From assembly GCA_030295235.1 (NCBI GenBank), contig AP026125.1, positions 124,001-188,000 of the forward strand: 64,000 bases of DNA, in the 5' to 3' direction. Below are positions 12,624 through 26,329 of the stretch, one piece after another. Under the pieces are notes generated by a model. The model did no database searches. It was not told where the DNA came from and saw nothing but the letters and a program-made list of their open reading frames with translations. Each line of letters opens with the position of its first letter. Position 1 is the first letter of the stretch. A program made the position numbers and the translations under genes. This stretch comes from Fistulifera solaris. Its lineage: Eukaryota.

Positions 12624-13339
12624 AGCAGGAAAAAAAGAGGGGAAGCATCACACAATAAGGCTCCCTTTCATCTGGTTTCTTATCCAAAAATACGTACGCC
12701 ATTGTAATTGACTTCTATGCAAATCGAAAATTAAGGTCGTGTAACAAGGAACTGTAATAACAATCAACGAATGAATGAACTAGGTAGGAAGCAAATAAAC
12801 GCTGCGCTGCGTTTCGTGTCGTGCCTTTTTTGTCGCGACGCGATGTCTTCGTCGTGCTTTTTCGCTGCATGCGTTGTGCTCGTTCCGCACTATGACTATA
12901 TACTGTAGGCGGAATCCCGAGTCCAGTACCAGTGTGATTATCTAACTCGTACGCCATACGGACTATTGTAGTCTAGCCGTCGTCCGATTTTTTTCAACTG
13001 GTGTGCATCGTTCTCCTACTTCTTTAATGATAATAATGACTGAGTATGGGAGTTCTTGTACAAAAGCGCGCGCCGAAAGCGCGGTTTTGCGCTGTACATT
13101 TTTCGGACACTTCGAGGGTCATCGTTTGGGTCACGAATGGGACCGGCCAAGAAATCCGCAAAGCGCGAAACCGAAAAAGATTTTTATTGTTGTTGCTATT
13201 GTTGCTGTTTTGGGTGCTGTGGTTGCTTGTCTTCCTAGCAACTCATAAACTCTGGCTGCAATCTCAGAAAGTTGCATCTAAAACGACCTAGAAAGAGACA
13301 GCGCAAAAAGTCCTCTGAGCGCAAGTAAGAAAGTCAACC

Positions 13340-15607
13340 ATGTTACGCCACATTCTCACGAAATTCACAGGGACTACTACTTCACGGTGGATGGCCGTGG
13401 CCGCCGTGACGGCGGGCTATTCCTTACAAAATGAAGACGAACTTGTTTCCTACTTTGAACGAAAGAAATCCTATTGTTGTGGATTAGTGGGAGTTATTGG
13501 GAGTGAGAATTATTCGTCGCGGTGCGTAGCCCAAAAGAATCCTCTTGCTGTATGTCTTTCTTTCTTTGTTACTCACTTTTACCGCAGCGACTTTTTTATT
13601 GAATGGTTTGAGTTTACTGAAGAATCGTGGTTTCGATAGTGCGGGAATTGCTACAATGGATGCTCAAGGAGAACATATGGTGCGTCAGCACGGAAGGGAA
13701 ATAAACGAGGAAGAAAAAGTGCTCTTTTCATTCTCTCACACAATCGCTTCTCTATTCGACACACAGACCATTACGAAATTTGCCAGCGTCGATCATGGCA
13801 TGAATTCGATTGAATTGGTGCATACGCAACATCCTATTACCGTCGACAGCATGGGCATTGCGCATACACGGTGGGCGACCCAAGGGGCCCGGACGAACGA
13901 AAATGCGCATCCGCACACGGATGCGGCGGGACGCATTGCGGTCGTGCACAACGGGAATATCAATAACTATGATGCCCTGCGGAAGGAACTGATTGAAGTT
14001 CATAAAATATCGTTGCAAGGACAAACGGATTCGGAAGTCTTGGCCAAATTGATTGGTCATTATTACAACGGCGACAATTTGAAACACGCGGTCGAAAAAG
14101 CACTCAGTCGTTGTGATGGGACGTGGGGATTGGTTGTCATGAGTCAAACGCAGCCCGATCAACTCATTGTCGCCTGTCACGGGTCTCCCATGGTCATTGG
14201 CGTCGATGATCGTCGCATGTACGTTGCCAGTGAAGCCGAAGCCTTTGCCGGATTGACCAAGACGGTCGTGCATATGGAAGATGGTGAAATTGCGACTCTG
14301 TATGCCGATGGACGGTCGTTGGATTTTTCGCGGGTGGAACAAGTGGCGGAGGACGAAGAAGAACAACGGGCTTTGTCACCAGCACCCTACCAGCATTGGA
14401 CGTTGAAAGAATTGTCGGAAGCCCCGCAAGCCGCGGCACGTGCTCTCGGGTTTGGTGGTCGTTTGGGTGCGGATCGGGTGTATCTGGGGGACTGGATGAT
14501 CAAGTGGAGGCCTTGAAACAGATACGTCATTTGGTATTGGCGGGTGTCGCTACTTCGTTGCATGCCGCGAAATATGGTGAACTGCTGATGAAACGATTGG
14601 GGAGTGTCACTTCCGTGGCGGCCTTGGATGCGGCCGAATGTGAATCCAAAGATTTTCCCATTTCGGAGGATTTGCGAGAAACTGGTTTAGTTGTCATTTC
14701 GCAATCGGGTGAAACCAAAGATGGTGTTTCGTTGGTGCAAATGGCCAAAGGATTGAATATTCCCACAATGTCAGTGGTCAATGCCGTGGGCAGTACGATT
14801 GCGCGGGCCACCAAATTGGGTGTGTACTGCAATGCGGGGCGCGAAAATGCCGTGGCCAGCACCAAAGCTTTCACCAGTCAAGTCACGGTGTTGTCTTTGA
14901 TTGCTCTGTGGTTTCAGCAGAACCGTCCGAATCGTAAGAAACAACATTTGGTGGAAGCCGAGCAATTAAAAGAATCTCTCATGCGACTCCCCATGTCGTT
15001 TGGTGCATCGTTGCAGACGCACGAGCAGTGCAAAACCATTGCTCGTAAACTCAAAGGCAAAGAACATTGTTTCGTGCTGGGCAAAGGATTTGGTGAGCCC
15101 GTGGCACAAGAGGGTGCGTTGAAGTTAAAAGAATTCAGTTACATTCATGCGGAAGGATACAGCGGCGGATCATTGATTCATGGGCCGTTTGCATTGTTGC
15201 AAAGTGATTTGACTGGTAAACAAGGTGCAACGCCCGTGATTATGATCATTTTGGACGACGATCATGCTCAGGAAATGCGCATGGCCGCCGAAGTCGTCAA
15301 AGCACGCGGTGCCCAGATTCATATCATTACCGATAATGTTGCATTGGCGGAAGACTTGGACGACGATCCGATTGTGATCCCGAACAATGGATACTTGACA
15401 GCCTTGGCGGCAACAATTCCTCTGACACTGATTGCGTACGAATTGGCGTTGATCAAGTAAGTGATCGATTAGTGGGAACGTGGTGGGAATCGAGCCTCTT
15501 TTTATTCTGAATTTTCCTAACCTTGTTTCTTTCTATTTCTATGATGCAACAGAGGCCTTAATCCTGATACTCCACGCAACTTAGCGAAAGCTCTTTTGGT
15601 GAGCTAA
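13340..15607 (+). CDS. GFAT: Glutamine:fructose-6-phosphate aminotransferase (GFAT/GlmS), divergent, with N-terminal extension
   Basis: CGLVG, NRGFDSAG, HTRWAT, VHNGNINN, TDSEV, SQSGETKD, VASTKAFTSQ, EGALKLKE, PRNLAK. Introns ~13522-13587, ~13680-13767, ~15457-15552; homopolymer frameshifts at ~13595 and ~14490. Confidence 0.93.
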
Positions 15608-16451
15608 GAATATAGTTCGAAGTGCATTGCAGGGAACTTTATAAAACAATTTCGAATGGCCATCCATGATAGACATCAATCATCAATAACAGTAATACGA
15701 AGAATGAGAAGAACTACTGGAGATTAAAGCATCAATAGAACAACGTAGCGCTGCTTAATGACCTTCGAACGATTATTTATAGGACGTCAAAGATTAGACC
15801 AATGAAGATATGGTCTGGAGCGAATGCGGTCGTACACGTTCACAAAGGAGAGATAATAGATGATCACCTAAAGACGATGTTGTAGTTTTCGATCGTGCGA
15901 ATAGTGAAAGCAAAGAGATCGAGATTAGATTCGCTCGCGTTACTAGCACTTTGCGTGACCTATTCATCCGTGATTCATTCGAGTACTTTATCGACGTTGA
16001 AGAATGACGACGGCATTATGACTTATGACTGTTCTATTGGATAAAGGCTTAAGCGTTATTTAAAACAATAAGACTCAAAATTCCTCGGTCATTATGCCCC
16101 TGTGTTCTCTGTTCTCTTTTGAACATCAGAGAAGCAACAAGCGACAATTCTTCAGATCTACGAAACTTTCCCTTGTCTCCAGTAGTAGTACTCGGGAAAG
16201 AATGCCCATTCTATTTTCTTACAATAAGAAATCGGCACCTGATACCTGATGACCTCTATTCATTCCATACTATCAGTGAAAGTGAACTTCCGAGAAGATC
16301 GATGCAGCTGCCACACGCATAAACATGCATGCAAAGCAAAACGTTTTCGTTATTATTTTTTACCAACATTTTCCTCGACCAGCTGCCCTCTCTCTCAAAC
16401 GCTGTGGTTTTGCCTCGTTTCGATTAGCTTATTAGTTCGTCAATAATCACA

Positions 16452-17788
16452 ATGCATCATCGTTTGTTTCAGCGCTCGTCGTCTTTCACCATGGGTCCAC
16501 CCACAGCGGCCATGATGCCGCCCCCTCTTTGTTGCAAGACGTCAAAGGCAAACCAAAAGCCGATTCTTCGGATCAGCAACACGTCATGGGAAGCTTGGAT
16601 GCTGCCTTGCATCGAATGGCTCAGCGGAGACAGTCCGAGTGTGCATCGGATCAAAAGAGTGTTCAGTCCATGATCGAATTGAGAAGAGCGCCGCGTGTTT
16701 TGAGTCAGTCGCTGACACTACCCAAGAGCCAAGATGATCTCGAGCATCGTCGCACGAAATCCAATGATGTGAATCTGTTTACCATCAAGTGGAATAGCCG
16801 TTCCACAATCAATCGCAGGGAATCGATTGAATTCGAAGGAGACTTTGATGAGATTGATTGGGACAGTGATGCCGACGACACATCCGAGAGCCATCAACTA
16901 TCACGGACCTTGTCGGCTTTGGAACAAGCGCCGTCCTTTCGATCTTTATCATGGAATCCGTGTGACGACGATGATGTCAGTCAATCCTCCATGATGTCGT
17001 CGTCTTCCACAGTGAGCAAATCTCGAGGACGCCGTCCCCGGCTCATTCGATCGGGTTCCATAACTAGTAGTTCTTCCAAGGCGATGAAATACATGCAACA
17101 ACGCAGTTGTCTCCAACAATCGCTTTTGCGTGCAAAAAGAAGAAGCCCAAGCGGCGCCATTCTTCGGACGAGGTCAGTCTATCACTGGTCCAGCGGGACG
17201 GCCAAGAACCAATGCAACGCCAATTGTCACGCAAAAAATCCAATCGTTCGAAAGAAGAAACCAACGCTAAAAGCCACACTTTCAAATCAGCGGCACAAGA
17301 TTGCGAGAAGTCGTCACGTTCCTCTACGACTCGGTCTACGAAACACTCCCAACATGGATCCAACTGTTCGTCAAAAACACAATGACAGACAAAAGGAACA
17401 ATCCAAGTTACATTCGCGACTTCAGGGGTGTGTGGAAAACGTTTCTCGGATGTCTCAAGAGTCTTTGACGAATAAAGAAAGAACTGCAGCAAAGACGGCG
17501 GGAGCGGTGCGATCTAGCAAACCTGTTCAGCATCGTCGTTCATCGAGATTAGCTGATCCTTATGATATTCGAATGTCAATGAGCAAGAAGAAGGAGACGG
17601 GGCAGTTGGATCCAATATCACAGCAAAACGTGCGCAAGTCTGCTTCACAGCAACGAGCAAGTGCAAAATGCTCCACATCAAGGAAGATAACCGACATTTT
17701 AGCCGTGCCGAACCTGATCAATGGTGGCGATTCACCTCGAAAAAGCGCCAGGCGGAGTGTTGTCGTATGCACAAAGAGTAGACTTTAA
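16452..17788 (+). CDS. Hypothetical Ser/Arg-rich low-complexity protein (frameshifted)
   Basis: Overlapping ORFs 16452-16673, 16529-17788 and 17107-17385 join into one disordered-looking protein. Confidence 0.5.
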
Positions 17789-20049
17789 AGGTATAGTGAA
17801 ATTCGTAAGTATAAAATAGGTATTGTGATTTGTGACCGATGCGTTGTGGTGGGACAAGTATCCAAAGCGGCATCCTTCACTCCATTTTACTATACCTCCT
17901 GTTGTACTTTGCAATAAAAATGCCAGATACAGGTCTTCGACGGCCTTGGTGGCTTTGAAAACTCCACTCTCGTCTTCAGGATTCGAGCGACTAGAGGATT
18001 ATAATGGCTGGCGTCTTCTTGGTGGAAAAGTGATGAGCGGTACATAAGTATTGGTGTTTTGCTTTTGTTCTTGAATTGTTGTTGTATTTTTCTTTGAATG
18101 AAACCATTCTTTGTGTGTTCCTCAAGATCTCACCAAAAAGCCAATTCGTTCGACTCCTCGCAAGACGAATCGATTTTCATTTGTTCCACACTGCTTTGTA
18201 AATTCCGTTTCGCAGTTCGTTTCAAGCAATCGAAGTCTCAATCATTCCCTCCGTTCTCTCTTTTTCTCCTATCTCATCAATTTTTCTCTCCTTTCTTTTG
18301 TCTGGTCGCTCAATAATAAAGCTTTGAGGACGCGCATCAAGCATTTGATCTTCATTCATAATATTATCTTTGCCTGTCGGCAAAAGGCAGAAAAGTATTC
18401 GCGAAAACTTTTGGTGAGTATTGAGTATAGAGCCAGGTTGTCCGCCCGAATGTTTGTTCTTGAAGCATCTCGCACTGCATAATAGGGATCTTGCTTTAAA
18501 AACTTCCCTATCAAAATACGTAATGAGGGCATATAAAAGTCGCGGTCCGACAAAATAAGCTTTGCGTGAACGAATGATGACTTACTTGGATGTTAACTAA
18601 AGGATCTAATGATGCAATAGAGGTGTAAAGGATGTAGAGATGTAATGGTCTCTTAGATTGTGTGATGAATTGAGATAGGGGCGGAGGCTGACGGATGAAA
18701 GCCTCCGAACTTGTGGTCATTTCACTTCAACTGGTTCGTGCGTCGTAAGGTTATGGTCAACAGAATCTTGGTTATGGTGACCGTGTAAATAAAGGGCTAC
18801 GTAGAAGTCTACGTTTCCTGGTACATTACTTGGTCCCCTCAATCGATTAACGTGGAACGCGATGATCGATTGTTCATGCATGTCATTAATAATACGCAAC
18901 GTTACCAAATAAAATATTTCGCTTGAGCCTGGAAAGTCGTTTCGTGAAATGCGTCGGCCAAATTATCATCCGTAGGGATCCATATAACTTCAATGATTCC
19001 TGCGGCAACGTGCCATCGCGTCATGTGGTAAGCAACTGAATTGTGCTTCTTCGAAAGAGTTGAAGCGAATTCCGATGAGTTCAACACAACTGAACTATTG
19101 TCGCAAAAGATTTTACTCGGTTCGTCATCAAGTGGAACGCCCATCATTCGCAGCTTGTAACGTAGTCCTGTTATCATCTCGATGCATACTTTCATTGCAT
19201 TAAATTCACTTCGCGAATGCGTTTGTTTCAACTGTCGGTTGCTTTTTACTAAACCACATCACAAGTGCTCGATTGACAAAGATCTGAACACCAGTATGGG
19301 ATTGTCTTGTTGCTTTATTTGCGGCGTTTCTGATTTGTTGGCGTTGTGAGCCATCCCTTGTGCTTTGGTACTGCCTGATCTGTGGTGCGGTAGTCGATGA
19401 TTTCTTCGAGTTGGCGTCGTCCGTAACCATGGTCGTCAACCTGTGACAAGATGTTCTCAGCAATGACGTTGGCGGTGACAACTTCGCTTGTGCCATCGAT
19501 ATAGTTAATGACATATTGGCGGGAGGTCGAGGACGGGGTTGTTATTTGCCGTTCAGCGTGGCTTGCCATCGTCGTCTGTTGCCCGTTCCGTGACCTTTGC
19601 TCCTATGACTTGACCGTCGCTTGTGCGTTTCATGCTGAGTCTCATATTGACATACGGGTCGCCTTCTTCCTGTTGCTCTCGCAAGTCGTCCACTGCATGC
19701 GGTAGGTCGGGATCGTCAATGACGGCTGAAAGTCGTCAATGAAGGCCTGTGTTTCGTCCAGAGAAGTCGCCTAAGATGCAATCTTCGTGAACGTGCGGTG
19801 GAATTTTGACGGGTTCCATTACTGCCATCTTTTCTTTTATCCTCTCGCTGTATGCCTCCATGCTTCCACTCATCTGTTTGCATTTCCAATCGAGTGACTC
19901 GTTGTACTGTGCTGCATGAGATTGGTATGCCCGAAGCTGGAAGGATCCAGTAAGACATGAGGTTGCCAATTGTGTGAGACACGCCAAGCCACCGTCCAAT
20001 GCTTATTTCACCAAGTCCTGCATTCTCACGGTACGCCACCCAGTCATAG

Positions 20050-20562
20050 TGTCAAATTATATTTAGTTCTGGTCATGAGTATTCGGGACTCCTAGTGTGT
20101 GTGGAGTGTACTTACTGTCTTTGTGATAGTGAGTTTGTGTATCCGGTACTCATGGTATCTTTTGGGGTTCGCTTCCGCACACGTCATCGGAAGTTTGGCG
20201 CATGTGCAAGTTCTTCTCTTGACACGTCGCAGAGGTGTGCGTAGTGTGTGGTATAGTGTTCTACGTGACGTATAAGTTGGTACCAGAGCTAAGGAAGTTA
20301 TGTTTAAGTCTACGACGGCATAGTACTGGTCAAGTGTCGACGTCGACAAGATTTGGTTCAAGATCACAAGATCTTGACTTCATTTCCGCCCTCTTTTGCA
20401 GTCTCACATGAATAACAATAGTGAATTTGGTTTGCCTCGACTTTCCTTGTTCGCTCTATTCTATTGCATCCTGTCTCTTGAAGACAAGCTTTCTTTCAGT
20501 CTCGCTTACTGTTTTGAAGATTCGTTTCGGGTGAGCTATCTGTGCGCTCCCGGAATTTGTCA
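20050..20562 (+). repeat. 5' LTR of inner element (513 bp)
   Basis: TGTCAAATT...AATTTGTCA; direct repeat of 26480-26993. Confidence 0.97.
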
Positions 20563-20576
20563 GATTAACAGTCGCA
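20563..20576 (+). other. Primer-binding site complementary to a tRNA-Asn(GTT) anticodon arm
   Basis: GATTAACAGTCGCA abuts the LTR; its reverse complement is TGCGA-CT-GTT-AA-TC. Confidence 0.7.
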
Positions 20577-20604
20577 GTTTTCAAGTTTCGCTTTCCGTCC
20601 CGCC

Positions 20605-23600
20605 ATGGTTCTCTCTCGAGCTCAATCGCGGGCGCTTTCAACCACGTGATGGACAATGTCCTTGGCCGTGGTGATGATTCTACTCTTAAGCAAGCGTTGG
20701 TGTCCGCAGGGTTTCTGGACATCTACTTGCTCCTCGAGTTACGTCCTTTGGACATCGGAAGTCTTGAGTTTCGCGAACGGCCGGCGAAAACTTCCCAGTC
20801 GCTCGTGGTGATAAGACTTTGTTGTATGCCTTCCTCGAGTTTGTGTCTCATCGTGGTCGTTCTGGTGACCCGATCGATGACTGGTTGGCGGTCACTGAAG
20901 ACGGGTTCAATGAGTTCCGCTTAAGCCCGAACGCGTTTTCGATCGCGAACAACCTCGAGGCCCCCGGGGTTCCTGTTCCCCCTCCTGTTGCATCCCGTGC
21001 GCGAGGGAATGTCTCCCGCAGCTCTTTTCAAGCGTGGTATTAAACGTGATCCTTCTCTCTTTCCTACTCTCAAGGACGAGAGCTTCAACGGCGCCTGGCA
21101 TCGTTCTTTTGTCAATCAGGCCCGAGCTCAAGATGTGGAAGAGGTGCTCAACGAGGATTATGCCCCTACTACTGAAGACGAAAGAGAGTTGTTCGACGAA
21201 AAACAGAAGTTTCTCTACGCCGTCTTGGAGAGTAAGGTGCTTACGGACCAAGGAAAAGCCCTTATTCGCGACTACGAAGACACTTACGACGCCCAAAAGG
21301 TCTATGCAGCGTTGAAGCGCCATCACCTACAGTCTACCAAGGCCCAGATGGATTCGGCAACGATTCTATCCTACATTACTTCCGTTCGTTATGGAGAAGG
21401 TCATCGTGGTGGTACTGCATCTGGATTCGTGCATGATTGGATTGAGCAAGTTCGCCGTTATGAGCGCATGTCCGGTGACCCCTTTTCCGATAAGCACAAG
21501 CGAATCCTACTTGAGAATGCTGTTAGTACTGTCGCTGAGTTCCGTCAGGTCAAAACTAGTGCTGATTTGGAGTTGACCAAGAATGGAACGGAGTTAACTT
21601 TCGAGCAGTACTGCGCTCTCTTGATTTCCCGCTGTGTCTCAGTTGAAGAACAAGCCAAACGCAAGTCTCAGCGTCGGTACTGTTAACTTCCATGAGACTT
21701 ATGCTTCCGATTTCTGTGATGAGGCCGGTACTGGGGAAGTTGACCTTTCTGGTTATCTTGTGGACTCCGATGTTCCTGTTTCTGAGTGGCAAGTTAATGC
21801 TACTGACCGGCGTTCTGTTGGATTCCGTGGTTCTCCTTCAACTGGGTCTGCTCCTAGAACGCGAATGCCGCGCGAACGTTGGTTCCAGTTGAGCGATGAC
21901 GCGCGTCAAATTTGGGATTCTTTGGCGGATCGCGATAAAGCCATCATTCTTGGTTTGCTTTCCGCTCCCGGACGTGATGTCAATGGCGGAAATCGTGACA
22001 CGCATTCCATGACTCAGACCGGTCGTCCGTCCATCCTCCGTCGCACGGTGCAGTTTCACGACCTTGACCCTATTGCATCTCACGACTCTTCCCCTCCCGG
22101 AACCTACTGAAGAGTTTCATGATGCTGCTCAAGATCCTCCAAGTGCCGTGCTTGATGGTGAGTCTACCGTGCTTGTGAATGCCGCTCGCTCTAGTTCTAC
22201 GCTGGCCCCGCACGATATTCGTCGCCTTCTGTCTCGTTCTTCGCAGAACAATTCGAATCGTCAAGTTAACACTTTGACGACGTATCGCGTGTCCCTTCAA
22301 CACGTTTCTCCTGTGGATTCGCTACTCGATCGCTAGGTGCCAACGGTGGTGTTGCCGGCTGTGACGTCCGAGTCATTCACAAGGATTTTCCCCATCGGCG
22401 TGTCAACATTCAAGGCATCGACAACCATCAGATGACCGATCTCGAACTTCCGGTACTGTTGGCGGCGAGGCGCGCAACACGGACCGGTCATAGCTGTTTT
22501 CAACCAGTACGCGTTGTATGGAAAAGGCCCTACCATTCACGCTTCCGGACAGTTGGAGCACTTCAAGAACGTTGTCGATGACAAGTCTATCCACGTGGGC
22601 GGGCGGCAGTGCATCGCAACTCTCGACGGTTACGTGATCCCTCTTCAAGTTCAACAGGGACTCGCTTCGCCTTCCTATTCGTCCGTTTACCGACGACGAA
22701 TGGCGTTCTCTCCCGCGTCATTATGACGAGCCTTCTCGATTGGGATCCTTCTGTTCTCGATCATGCTAACGATCAAGCTGATTGGTTCGATCGCATCAGC
22801 AACACGCTCGATCTTGAAGATCCTCGTCCCCTCTTCGACGAATTCGGCGACTACCATCGCGGGGATAGTATGGACATCGAAGATCGCCGTTTTTGCCCAC
22901 GTCGCCCTTCCTCCGATCTTTCCGGCCCTTGACGAAATCATCGAGTTGCGCCCACGACGCTTACGGTATTGAGCCCGCCGCTTTCCAGGCTATTGCCCGC
23001 CATTTCGAGGTCTACAACAACGAATTTGTCGCACAAGGCCATGTTGATGACGACGACGACGTGACTGGACCACCCGTGAAAGCCCTTCCCGTCACGCCAC
23101 GTACTATTCAGCGCCAAGACCCGGATCTAGGTCGACTTCGTCCTTACTTTGGATGGATTTCCAACGATTTGATCAAGAAGACGCTTGAAAATACCACCCA
23201 GTATGCTCGCCTTCCACTCCCTGGCAGCACCCTTCTCAAGCGCGCCTTCAAGTCTTCAAATCCGGCTCTCAATGTTCATCGCCGTTCCGAAGCCGTCGCG
23301 TGTGATATCGTCTCACAGCCAATACACCGGCTATTGACAATGGGTCCCAGTCTGCCGTTATCTTTGTTGGCTATGATACCATGGTTACCGATGTTTATGG
23401 TATCAAGACGGATCGCCAGTTCATTCGGACCTTGGAAGACAATATTCGTGAACGGGGGAGCCCCAACTCGTCTCCTTAGCGATCGCGCCCAAGTTTTGAT
23501 CAGCAACGCGGTTCAAGACGTTCTTACTTTCTGTATCGGCGTGTGGCAAAGTGAGCCCCACCAACAGCAACAAAACCCTGCCGAACGCCGTTTCCAGACG

Positions 23601-26329
23601 ATCAAGAATACTGCCAACCGCATCTTAGACCGTACCGGCAGCCACCTTCTCACGTGGCTTCTTTGTCTTCAATACGTGTGCTTCCTCCTCAACCACACGT
23701 ACAATCAAACTTTGAAGACTGTTCCGTTGTTGGCGTTGACGGGTTCGACTCCTGATGTTAGCGTTCTTTGCGCTTCTACTTCTGGCAACGTGTTTTGTAT
23801 TTGAAGCACGACTACGGTTTCCCTTCTGATTCTCCTGAAGGCCTTGGCACTATCGTCGGTATTTCCGAACATGTTGGGCCCGCTCTTTGCTGGAAGATTC
23901 TCACTGCTGACACCAAGCAAGTCATTTGCCGATCTTCCGTTCGTCCGTACACTGAGGACGACCCTAATTTGCGCCGCTCAGGCTGCCGGGAGATGTCTTC
24001 TACTACTTCTGCTCCTGTCATCCTGTCCCGCAAGGATTCAGTCACAGAGAAAATTTCGTTTTCTCTCAGCCCTCCGACAGCCTTAGCGACCGTGCCTCCT
24101 CCTCCACCGTTGATGTCGAAGATTTGATTGGTCGAACGTTTCTGACGGATGTGGCTTCTGATGGTCAGAAACACCGAGCAAAGATTGCACGCTCGTCGAC
24201 GATTTCGATTCTTCCGTTGAACGAGTACCAGAATGAATCAAGTTTGTGTGCAAGGTTGGAGAATCCGAAGCCGAAGAAGTTTTCAGCTATGCCCAGATCA
24301 TGGCATACCTAGCTCGAGACGCGGATGCCCCTGTTTGGAAGTTCAAGCACATCATTTCGCATCAAGGTCCCCTTAAAGATGGAGATCTCGACTACAAAGG
24401 TTCTTCCTACAATGTATTGATCGAATGGGAGAACGGGGAGATCACAGCTGAGCCTCTAAATGTTATTGCTTCCGATGACCCTGTGACCTGTGCTATTTAT
24501 GCCAAGGAAAATAACCTCTTGGATGTTCCCGGTTGGAAAAGATTCAAGTCCATCGCAAAAAGACACAAGAAGTTCGTCCGGTTGGTGAACCATGCTAAGC
24601 TTCGCTCCTACAACACGGCTCCGCGATACAAGTATGGTTTCGAAATTCCCGTGACTATGCACATGCGATGCGTCTAGACGAGCAAAACAAGAACACCAAG
24701 TGGAAGGATGCCGTTGCCTTAGAGTTGCTTCAAATTCAAGAGTACGAGACCTTCAAGGATTTAGGTCACAAGTCGGTTGGGAGGCCTCCTCAAGGTTACA
24801 AGAAAATTAGCGTCCACTTAGTTTTTGACGTCAAGCACGACGGACGTCACAAGGCTCGACTGGTGGCAGACGGACACTTAACCGATATCCCTACTGAGTC
24901 TGTCTACTCCGGCGTTGTCAGTTTACGGAGTTTCCGTCTGGTTACTTTTCTTGCCGAGCTTAATTCTCTCAAGTTCTGGGCTACCGACATCGGCAATGCC
25001 TATCTCGAGGCGTTTACCTCCGAACGCGTCTACATTGAGGCTGGACCTGAGTTCGGTGAATTGGCTGGTCATATTCTTCTTATCAGCAAGGCCCTTTACG
25101 GACTACGTACCAGCAGCGCAATGGGCCGATCGATTGGCTGACGTTATGCGAATTGGGTTTTCAACAATGCAAGGCCGATCCCTACATTTGGCTACGACGC
25201 AACGAAGATGTTTACGAGTATGTTGCGGTCTATGTTGATGATTTGGCCTTAGCGATGAAGGATCCTCAAGCGTTTGTCGACTTGCTAACGAAAGAGTACA
25301 AGTTCAAGTTGAAGGGAACCGGCCCAGTCAGTTTCCATCTCGGAATGGACTTCACTCGTGACAAGGATGGTACTCTTTGCATGTCTCCCAAGAAATACAC
25401 CGAAAAGATCATCGCCGAATTACGAACGAATGTACGGGGAGTCGCCCGAAACAGAATGTCACTTCACCGTTAGAAAAGGGCGATCATCCGGAACTGGACA
25501 CTTCAGAGTTTCTGGATGAGAAAGGTACTCGAGATTACCAGTCTTTGATTGGTTCGTTGCAATGGTTGATCAGTATCGGGCGCTTCGACATCATGACTGC
25601 TGTTATGACGATGTCCGGCGTTTCGTTCTGCTCCCAGCGCAGGGTCATTTGGATCGCGTTAAGCGGATCTTTGGATACGTTTCGAAGATGCGGAACGCCG
25701 CCATTCGCTTTCGTACAGGGGTTCCTGATTTGTCCGATCTACCTAATTTTGAGTACGATTGGTCCAAGTCGGTTTACGGTGACGTGAAAGAGGTTGTTCC
25801 CCATGATGCTCCTGGACCTCTCGGCAAGGCAGTTGTTTCTCACGCATTATGTCGATGCGAACTTGATGCATTAGTGGCTACGGGGAGATCTGTGACTGGT
25901 ATTCTACATTTCCTTAACCAGACGGCCGATCGATTGGTATTCCAAGAAGCAAGCTACTGTCGAGACGGCTACGTATGGATCCGAGTTAGGTTCGCCGCCA
26001 AGGACTTGTGTTGAACAAATCATCGACATTCAAACACACTTCGCTATTTGGGTGTTCCTATCCGAGACAAGGCTTATATGTCTGGCGATAATCAATCGGT
26101 TGTCAACAGCTGACGCAAGTTCATGCCAAGCTTCACAAGCGTCACACGATGCTTTCCTTTCATCGAGTTCGTGAGGCAATTGGCGTCTGGTATGATTGCT
26201 TTCCTTCACATCCCTGGCGACATGAACCCGGCCGATATTCTCAGTAAGCATTGGGGATACTCGCAGATCTGGCCGCGTTTGAAGGCTGTGTTGTTTTGGA
26301 TGGGTGACACCTCGGAGATCGAAGACTAG
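20605..26329 (+). CDS. Gag-Pol polyprotein of inner element (multiple frameshifts)
   Basis: gag FKRGIKRDPSLFP; protease LLDR.GANGG; integrase SDRAQ...QNPAERRFQTIK; chromo-like YNVLIEWENGEITAEP; RT VFDVKHDGRHKARLVADG and YVDDL; RNase H TGRSVTG...NPADILSKHW. Confidence 0.9.

Noticed and set aside
18050..18825. Defined 3' LTR for the outer element
   Set aside because: A purine tract followed by TG suggests a start at 18825 on the minus strand, but no partner LTR or TSD was found to bound it.
20605..26329. Programmed frameshifting in gag-pol
   Set aside because: Shifts are numerous and scattered, matching the window-wide indel noise.
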